From assembly GCF_009914755.1 (NCBI RefSeq), contig NC_060930.1: a DNA stretch of 64,000 nucleotides; one strand, 5' to 3'. Below the pieces are notes generated by a model. It was not told where the DNA came from, did no database searches, and worked only from the letters and a program-made list of their open reading frames with translations. Shown piece by piece: positions 53,783-64,000 of this stretch (position 1 is the stretch's first letter; each line of letters starts with the position of its first letter). Origin of the DNA: the human T2T-CHM13v2.0 reference genome, Homo sapiens. Both the position numbers and the translations under genes were made by a program.

Positions 53783-56700
53783 AAACTATATTTTTTTAAA
53801 ACAAAAAATAGAAGGAAGGTGTTGTTTTACATCTTTGCAAATCTTATGTGTCTGCTTCTGCACTTGATTTGTTGCTATGTGTTTTTTTGGTTGAAGTATG
53901 TGAAGAAAATCCAGCCTCACAGGAATATGTGATTGACAAGGGAGGAGTATTTTAATAATCTTTTCAAATAATTGTGAATATTCTTCTTTGACGCTACACT
54001 AAAACTTGACTGATAGTGGTTCCATAAAAATTAATTTCAGTATAGAATCTGAAGCCATGTTAATGAACTCTTCATACTCTTTTACATTAAAATCCATTGG
54101 CATATTTTACACTTAGGAGTGGCTGTCTTATCGGTGCATGGTTTTATAACATCATGCCTTTGTTATTTTGCATGTGTGTTCACTGAGTTATTTCAGTCTA
54201 CCAAATGTTGACACATTTAATTATACAATATAAAAATCATGTTTGTTGATGTTCTTACTGATTTCATCAGAAAAATCTTTAAGTATTGGTAAGCTCTTAA
54301 GCTCTTGGTAGTGGATGCAAATTTTCCAAAATTCTTATTTCCAGTTGAAAGCTCCAAGTTTGTCATTGGCAACAAAGGCTTTCAGCTTTCCTTGAACTGG
54401 CAGGCCTTCCTTGTTTATTTTCAAGAATATTTCTGTGCTAACACCCAAATTGAGATAACTATAATTTGTCAGTTGATCATTCTGTCATGTAAAAATGTTT
54501 CATGAAAAAACCGAGCTAGCTCAGCTCTCAACTCAGTGCATGACTTCTTTTGTTTGTAACGTTCTTGTACTTTGGTACTCCGTTTAATCACATAGGATAT
54601 TAGAAAGATGTATACTCAAAGAGTTGAGATTTTATAAAGATTAATCACTTTTACCACTTCATCAAGGACATTTTTAAATAAAATTGGCTTTAAAAATTAA
54701 ACAACAACAACAACAAAAACCTGAGTGCATGGCAGTGCAAAATCATACAAGGACTACTAGGGCAGTTTAGTGCCCCTGCTTGGATTCTTGCTAAGGTTAC
54801 AGCAGTTTTACTTAATACTGCTTTTGTACCATCAGTGCAAATATCAACATATAACATCTTTACGTTATTATGAAAATGATTCTTATTTGTGAATTCTCTA
54901 AAATGTAATAGTCTCGGAAGCCCCTCCCTGGGCCTTACTTTGAGAACAGCTGCTCTAAGGGGTGAAACTGTAGTTTACAAAAGAGGAATAGTGTAAATAT
55001 TTCCTCAGTTAACCTCCTCTTAACTAACTTGCCAGTGAACCCAGCTTCCATTCCTTGTGTAACACAGTAGCTGAATGTCAGGACTTGTAGGTTGCCCTTT
55101 ACTTTACATTTATTTCTTTTCCCCCCAGTAGAGTTACCGGCTGAGCAAGTGTCAGCTGTATTTGTTCTCAAACCAGGTAATACAGTTTCCCTAATACCTG
55201 TAATGAGACAGTTTTAATAATACCAATAGATAAAGTGTGAGTTCAAAAAGAAAAAGCTAATATTTCTAGAACCAACCTAAAAGCTTTGGAATAACTTACT
55301 GTAAAAAATTGCTGTCATGATATAGTGTGATTGAGATTTGTAGAAGATTAGGGAAAAACTCATAAAAATCTAGAAGGCTTCTGCGTTCCCTCACAGTATC
55401 TTTAATTTCTTCCTATATAATAAAGAAAACAAAGCTGGAAATTGTGGTGATGTGTTATGTGTGTTCTTTGCAGGAAAGAACAATGAAACTCCATCTGTAG
55501 ACCCATATTCAGAGAATAGGTTTTGGCTCACCTTCAAAAGATTGGTGAATCTGTGTACACATGGATATATTTTAAGTTGAAGCACAATTCATAAATTAAT
55601 GTCTGTCTGTTTTTTTAAAAAATAATTTCCCACTTCACCACCATTCACAGTGAACTGATTTATTACTGGTCAGGATCACATTGAATAAGATAGTTTCTCA
55701 GCTGCCATCCATGAACTAAGAGCAAATTTCCATTGGTTTTTATGACTGTAAAATATAGTCTCTTCCATTATTTCACTTTGTATCTAAGGCTGGGTAAGAT
55801 CGTGTTAGTGAAAGATTTAGATAACTTTTTAGAAATACAGCTATTACAGGTCAGCTTTTCTAATGATATAGGGACAGACCTGAAGGTGCCATAAACTTTT
55901 TTCTTTTGGGGCGCCAGTGTTACATTGAATTGGAAACTGTTTGAAATAAACAAACTGCAGGTTGGGGCTTGGACATTTTCACAGAAATTTGCATAACATT
56001 TCATGAAGGATGAGAATTATATCAAATGTTCTGGTTATCTATAAAAATAAGCTTATTGGTTAATCACACATGTGAGGGTTTACTGGCTGGTAGCAATTCA
56101 TTGACATCAGCTTTATCATGGGTCGGTGTATATAGTGCCATTTATAGATGCATCATGACATGGTACAATGACACAAGTTGGGAAACAAATGACCTGGCTT
56201 CCCTGCCTGGCCCACCAGTCACCATGAGTCAGTGAAGATGATATTCCCAACTCCCTGGCAATGAGTGTGCAGTATGAATTGTTTTTCTCCTAGAAGTAGA
56301 GAATTCATTCACACTCTCATAGTCTGTTTACAAACAGTACACACACTGGCAAGCTGACTGGCTAGAGCAAGGGAGCTTTGTCTGTTACTAAATTGCTAAG
56401 AAACTCATCAATCTTTTTAGCACTAGTCTTTTTAGCACCAAACACCGAATGGTAACCAAATGCTGAAATTATTACTAAATATAAAGGGATCTCTCCAAAT
56501 TCCTGATTCCATAATGATCACATAATCACTGCCAGCAGTGTGGCTGACAGTGAGTTACAGGTTTGTTCCTTCACTTTTTCCTTCTTTCTGAAAATATTTA
56601 TTGAGCATCTGCTGTGTGCCACACTGTTCTATGATTGGGGATCCAATTGCGAATACAATAGTGAAGAAAAAAGTCCTGCCCTTGTAGAACTTAAATTCTA

Positions 56701-57600
56701 GGAGGGGAAACATATACATAGACATATTCATACATATATTTACTAAAGGGAAAAAAGAAAAGGGGAATTAAATATTATTTTGGGAGGATGATGAAATTCT
56801 GATAGGGTGACCAGGGAAGGCCTCACCTAGGCCATTTCTTTAGCATAAACTTCTAAAGGAAAAACATAATCTGGAAGAGGTAGTCTCTCAGAACATTTTA
56901 AAGTATTTGTAAACTGAGGTCTATGAGGTTTGTTTGAGAGAACTAATACATCTTAACTTTTACTAACTTTAACTGAAATCCAACATTTCTTCCAATCATG
57001 AGTAGAGATAACCAATCTTGATGGTATTGGGAGGATCTGTAACAAAGTTACAGGTAGGTATCACAGATATTTTCATTACCACATTACAGTTGTTATAGAC
57101 ATCTCAAAAATTATGCTTATTACCACTTACAAATTATAGTAGTTATTATCCCTGCTATTAAATGTTGGTATTTCATGCCTTAATTTAAAAAAGCCTGTAT
57201 TATTATTTTTTAAATATGTGTATTGATAATTATATTTCAAAATAATAGATTTCCATGTATCCTTACATATTATGTCTTACGAATTTTAAAACATTTTGAG
57301 AAAGAGGTCAAGGCTTCACTAGATTGCCAAAAGAGGTTCATGGCATAGAAATGTTAAGCTTTAGCTTCATCCCTAATTGCTTTCTTCTACCTCCCACAGG
57401 TACAGCACACTTTTGATTTGTTTCCCTCACTTGGAGATTACTCAAATACATCCTGAACAGATGGGAAGGGTTTTCTGGTTAATTCCTTAGAATTCTGATT
57501 GTGAAAGATCCTTTGTTTGCTTCCTGCTTAATGCAAGCCACACACTAATTTGCAGAATAATATAGCTAGTCAAACAGAAATTTGGCTTCCTGGAAAATGA

Positions 57601-57903
<303 letters not shown>

Positions 57904-58589
57904 GACAATGTAATTCTTAACAGAAGATCAACTTTTAGACTTCTTAGAAAGATATTTGAAGGACCTTTAAGGCAGTGCAGTTCAGTTTATGGGAAAGAGG
58001 GATGTAAAAATTCTGAGTTAGAATCAGCTCCCACTCACGTTTGCCACGCTTCCCACCATGGTGATGACCAAGTGGGTCTGTGCAGATTGAGAGGTCATGG
58101 ATTATGGACCACAGTACCTTCGCATTGACCAGCTATGGGAAATAAGAGGCAATACATATGTTCAACTGTCTTAGCAAGGTGGCCGTAAGAATAGAACTGA
58201 GAGCATCTTATTCAAGTGAAAAGGAGGAGTAGGGTGAGCACTGGTTAAATGGGTATTCCAGAGAATTTTGCCCTGCCAACACATGTTCTATGCTTCAGAT
58301 CTCTTTGAATATATTCTACTACTTCTTGTCATGAGTAAAAAAAGTAAAAATTCTCAACATCTCGATGTTGCCAGAATCCTGAGAGAGAAAACTGTTTACT
58401 ATATAATTTTTACATTTTAGACAAACTTTACGCTTGTTTCTAATGTGGAGGGAAGTCAGTTGTGTGTCATTAAGCCCTTGGATTATATCTTCAAGTGTGC
58501 CCTTTAGTTCTGAGAAATAGACACTTTAGAAGTGTGGTGAAAGCTGTGAGTCTGATGAACTCATTTCCATGATTTATTTTCCTTTACAG

Positions 58590-58843
58590 GTTGGTGAAAG
58601 ATGCTCCTTGGGATGAGGTCCCGCTTGCTCACTCCCTGGTTGGTTTTGCCACTGCTTATGACTTCTTGTACAACTACCTGAGCAAGACACAACAGGAGAA
58701 GTTTCTTGAAGTGATTGCCAATGCCTCAGGGTATATGTATGAAACTTCATACAGGAGAGGATGGGGATTTCAATACCTGCACAATCATCAGCCCACCAAC
58801 TGTATGGCTTTGCTCACGGGAAGCCTAGTCCTGATGAATCAAG
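58590..58843 (+). CDS. DSE: DSE exon 3 (codons 139-224), includes N183 sequon and catalytic H205 (58786-58788)
   Basis: tttattttcctttacag|G acceptor; completes the W codon from exon 2; [24 protein letters not shown]...YLHNHQPT; donor CAAG|gtgggt. Confidence 0.97.
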
Positions 58844-59921
58844 GTGGGTGTGGACACAGCCAAGGTGATGCCTGAGCTGACGGAAGTCATAGTTGCCATG
58901 TTGTGAGCAAAGCATTTTTATAACCATTCTTAGTACATGTTCATACTTGGATCCTAACTAAACCCATGAAATGAAGTAGTCCCTACAGTATCACTTAGTT
59001 AATTGAGGGACATCTCCTCCTTATTTTCTGCTAGTATATTAGCCGGCATGTTATCTAATTATGGCTTATGATGATCCCAGAACAAATCCTCACAGCTCAG
59101 GGTCAGTGATAAATATTCATTTTTTCCAGAGAATTTTGACAGTGAAGACAGCCATCCTGGAATAAGTGAATTTTAAAAAGCTAAACACATGGTTGGTTAT
59201 TTGAAATGAAGATTTCCAGCACACAGATGTGAATCATAACACCACTACTATTTTTTCCTCTTAATATTTAAAACAACCAAACTGGATTATTTACATCCAA
59301 ATTGGAAGCAATTTTTGTGGATTGTGTAGCTACTTTGCTTTAACATATTGCATAATTGCCAATAATACATTTTCTTTGTTCTTTTAACTCTAAATTACAA
59401 CTTCTGTAGAAATCTATAAATGACTGATTAAGATTGTGTTTAAGAAAAGCAGCTCTGAGATCACAGGGAATTATCAGAATATTAAATATATAATTGGAGA
59501 TTGGAAATCTAACAGAATTTAACTCGATTATATTCCCCATAAGAATTATTAAGCATTTTGTTGATTATCCAACATCGGATTTTACCCAAACCTAGCTTTC
59601 TCCCTTGTCACATCAACCAACCGTCACTTTTAATTAGGTCTTAGAGGAAAAGAAACTAACATTAACTGAGTATATGACATGTGCAAGTCTTTTTCCATAT
59701 TTTATTCAATTCTCACATCAACCATATAAGGCAGCTGGGATTTGGACCCACTTCTGGCCATCCATAAAGTTCAATCTCTTTCTGCTGTATTTTGTTATCT
59801 CTGTCAGAAGGGGAATTCCATTTATAATAACTTAAGCAAAATTTAATTATGAGAGTGAATTTTCATGCTAGCTCCCCTTGTCCCCTACTCTCACAAAAAC
59901 CTAAAGAAAATTAAAACATCA

Positions 59922-60319
<398 letters not shown>

Positions 60320-62241
60320 TCATGAAATGGTGAAAGGATCCCTTAGGTGAGCCAAATTTCTGCTTCAGGTCTTAAATTTAAGCTACTATAGTTTTATTTC
60401 CTTAAATAAATTTTTATTTATTTAAGGGAAGGAGTAGAGTTTATTTCTTCAGTCTTTGTAAATAACATTATTCCAAATAATAAGCAGTGACCCAAAATAC
60501 TGGTTTGGATTGAATCAAAATATGTCATTTTGCCCTGGCAGGAATTTTCCTATGCATTTATTTTCTGATTAAAGTTATGGTGGCCCTGGCAGACACTCTT
60601 CCAGAGCCCCCACATAAGTACACACATTTATGACAAGACTAGACAGAAGGAGGTAGAAATCAGTTGGAAAGAAGACAGGTGTGAAATGTTTAAATGATTA
60701 CACCATAGTTACAGTAACCCCAGAGAGTGAAATAAAAGATACCATGAAAAGCGTTATGGTTAAATATAAAATGAGTATATTAACTTGGAATTCAAGAAAG
60801 CAGTGTTCTTTCAGTAATTTTCTTCATGTAACTTTGAAGATGGATAGGAGAACTTAAGGGGAAATTAAAAAACATTCCAGGCAAGGTATTCGGGTGGCAG
60901 AAAAAAAATACAGGGTATAGCTTCAATTAACAGTATCAGTACCTTGTATTCACAGAGAGTTGCAGTTTACAAAGTATTTTGGTAGACATTGCCTCATGTC
61001 TTCTGAAGAGGGTTGTTGTAAGGAACAAATAAGGAAATTTAGGTAATGTGGTATCCTGGGAACAGTGATCTGATTTTAGGCATCAGTCACATTGGTATCT
61101 GGTGGGAGATGGAAGACACACAGGAAAAGGATGAAGATAATTAGAATTTTAAACCAGAATGGTAGAGAATGGAAATTGAAAACTATCCAGAATATTGACA
61201 TATCAGGTATGATGCTGGGTGGCAGAAGAGGCCAGGGTATGATGATCAGTCACCTCTGCATACCCAAGCCTGACAGCTGCATTGCCCCCATTAGTCAGGA
61301 GCCAAGTCTTAGCCTGGGACCTATATTTAGGCCCAGAGCTGGTTAGATCTGGGCCTCTGGAAGCCCCACACCTGCCACATAGTAGGCCATGGTAGCGTGG
61401 TCAACATGTTTGTGGAAGTAAAGCAATGTGGCTACACCCACACCAGGAGGCATTGGGCTTAATTTTATTCTCAAGGGTTGCGTGTTTTAAAGGAAAACCT
61501 TAAATCTAAAGACCTAGGTTGAGATTAAAGTTGTGTTCATTTTTAGTCATGTGCCAGAGGTCTTGAACAAGTCAGCGTTTCTGTTTTGGGGCAATGATAC
61601 ATAATTGGGTTGTTAAAAGGATTAACTAAGATTCTGTTCAGTGCTGTGTAAGTTATAAATGTTATAGAAATATGAGGAGTTGTTATTGTCAACTAAGTGC
61701 AACAGTTCTAGAAAGCTAGCATTTCTGAGTTAAAAGGTTTTATAACTTGTTATAGACTTAATTTTCAGTGGGGAGATTAAAATGTGACAGATGGAAGAAT
61801 TGCTTGGACAAAATCATGTAGCTCATTTTTTGGCAGATTCAGGATTCCTAGTTGATTTTTCATTATTAGTTTGCCTTTCCAGTGGTTTCTCAGCCCCACT
61901 GTGCTGCCTTTTCAGATCCTGTGGAAAAGCACATAAAGGATAAGAGGTTACCTTCTAATGACAATACAAATTGAAGACTGTCCGTTTAGCGTTTATAATA
62001 TGTGCAGCCTATTACAAATTCTATAAAATAATGATGCAAGTTTCACAAAGAGATAAACTTTTAAAAATATTTTCAAGTATTATATTTTTAGGAACACTGA
62101 ATAAAAATCTTAATATACAAATCCTCTCTTGCCAACATAAAGTTATATGCATTTGTGATCTTACATGTGATACAGTTTATTAAAGACTGGAAAGTGACTG
62201 ATACTCATTTAAGGGTTTCTCTTCATTTATAGAGTCAATAA

Positions 62242-62450
<209 letters not shown>

Positions 62451-62650
62451 AAGAACTTCCTAACTTACATCATGGACTGTCACAAACCTGGATTACAAGA
62501 TGTTATTTATACACTGACAAGTTGGAGTTTTACAAAACGCGATTTGTAATATAAACTAGTTAGATAACTCAGAGGGTTTTATTGGCCATATTTTTGTTTA
62601 TGCTTTGTCACAGGCTTTAGTCATTGCTTCCATGTGTTTTCATCCTTCAG

Positions 62651-62890
62651 GATATCTTCAAGAAGCCTACTTATGGACCAAACAAGTTCTGACCATCATG
62701 GAGAAATCTCTGGTCTTGCTCAGGGAGGTGACGGATGGCTCCCTCTATGAAGGAGTTGCGTATGGCAGCTACACCACTAGATCACTCTTCCAATACATGT
62801 TTCTCGTCCAGAGGCACTTCAACATCAACCACTTTGGCCATCCGTGGCTTAAACAACACTTTGCATTTATGTATAGAACCATCCTGCCAG
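62651..62890 (+). CDS. DSE: DSE exon 4 (codons 224-304), includes catalytic Y261 (62761-62763)
   Basis: catccttcag|GA acceptor, in frame with exon 3; YLQEAYLW...[19 protein letters not shown]...RTILP; donor CAG|gtatag. Confidence 0.97.
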
Positions 62891-64000
62891 GTATAGTGAG
62901 GAGTCAGAAGTGTGAAAACATTAAACTATTGTAATTTTTTCTGATTATGAAAATGAGCTAGACTAGGCAGAGAAATTAGGTCCTTAGAGTTTGTCATATT
63001 GAAATTAAATAGATTTTTTTAATCAAAGAAAAATTGAATTCAAGAGTTGCATATAGCCAGAACATTTTGGAGGCTAATGTGAGTATTTATGATTTAGGTA
63101 TTATAAAGTTTGGAGGGTTATGGATTAAATACAATTTCTAGGCCCCTCAATACTTTTTTTTTATATATCCAAACTTGAGTAATATACGAACTCATCTTCA
63201 TCATTGCAAGCAAAATATAAACATTTGTGATTACCTGTCAGTTTTCCTTTATATGTGATCCCTGATCAATCCTATTTTAATTTTTGGTTTTCAGTTTTTT
63301 CTTTCAAACTATACAGACATGATTCAAAATGAAAGATTACACCTACACATTTAAGTTGGAGCTTTAGTATTTTAATATTTTATTGAAGTAAATAGTATAG
63401 AAAAGTAAACAAAAAAAGTGCTGTAAAACTTGTAATTTCTTTATTGCTGTGTCATTTAGCCTTCTAAGAGAACTAGCTCTAAAAAAAATATATACATGAT
63501 TTAATAATGTATTCATTTCCAGAGAACTTTGTAACCTTTTTTTATTTCTAAAACAGGACTAAGATGTTAGAACAAGTTATAAAGGAAAATTTTATCAGGA
63601 TAGATTCCCCCCCTTCCCCAAGGAAATGCAATTTTTAGATGGTGATTCTAGACCTACAACAAATAATATAGTATTTAAATCTTTTGGCTCTGGTAGTATA
63701 CATACAGATTAATAGAATCTCCATTATTGGACTAATTCAAAAATATTGCAGAGCATAAGAACCATTTTAAGATTTAGTTTAGACTTACATTCAAAAAAAT
63801 ACTGCTTTGTTGCTTTTTCTTAGACATGCAGGAGAGGCCTGTTTTGCAATTCATCCTAGTAAACAAAGGCTACCTGAAGCAAGGGACCTTTAAGAGGTTT
63901 CAGTGCTTTGTAATTTAAGCTGAGATCTAAAGGCTAACTACATCAGGAATTGTGTTTGCTGTGAGCTGTGTCTGTGGCTACTTCCTAAAGTGGAAAAGAC

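Larger units (their letters stand above)
53238..54952 (-). mobile_element. hAT-Charlie (Charlie1-like) DNA transposon remnant
   Basis: Ends cagtttttaaactttttgg..ctcttaaaaatta and ..ctttgagaacagctg; internal ttttgtaccatcagtgcaaatatcaaca matches Charlie1 as I recall it. Confidence 0.72.

Noticed and set aside
58844-58875. ORF continuation after exon 3 (and likewise 62605-62650 and 62891-62934 around exon 4)
   Set aside because: Outside the splice sites that keep DSE in frame

Overview
Primate (human-like) genomic DNA, AT-rich and dense in Alus. It contains the 5' part of DSE (dermatan sulfate epimerase 1, SART2) on the + strand: a CpG-island promoter with a non-coding first exon (donor after 3155), coding exon 2 (31234-31702, ATG 31287), exon 3 (58590-58843) and exon 4 (62651-62890). 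The gene continues past the window end. The three coding exons splice in frame to give codons 1-303, including the signal peptide and catalytic H205 and Y261. The remainder is intron filled with about 15 Alus, MaLR/ERVL solo LTRs, L1/L2/MIR fragments, a Charlie1 DNA transposon and microsatellites. I see no new multi-gene system. The most interesting signals are: (i) a layered 5'-leader, with a strong-context uORF in frame with DSE and separated from it by a single TGA, a second uORF whose stop overlaps the DSE ATG, and a candidate upstream exon that would add 19 aa; (ii) a clear templated-insertion scar in intron 1; (iii) inverted Alus bracketing exon 3; (iv) an antisense AluJ with splice sites suited to a poison exon. 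Repeat subfamilies and boundaries were assigned by eye and are approximate.
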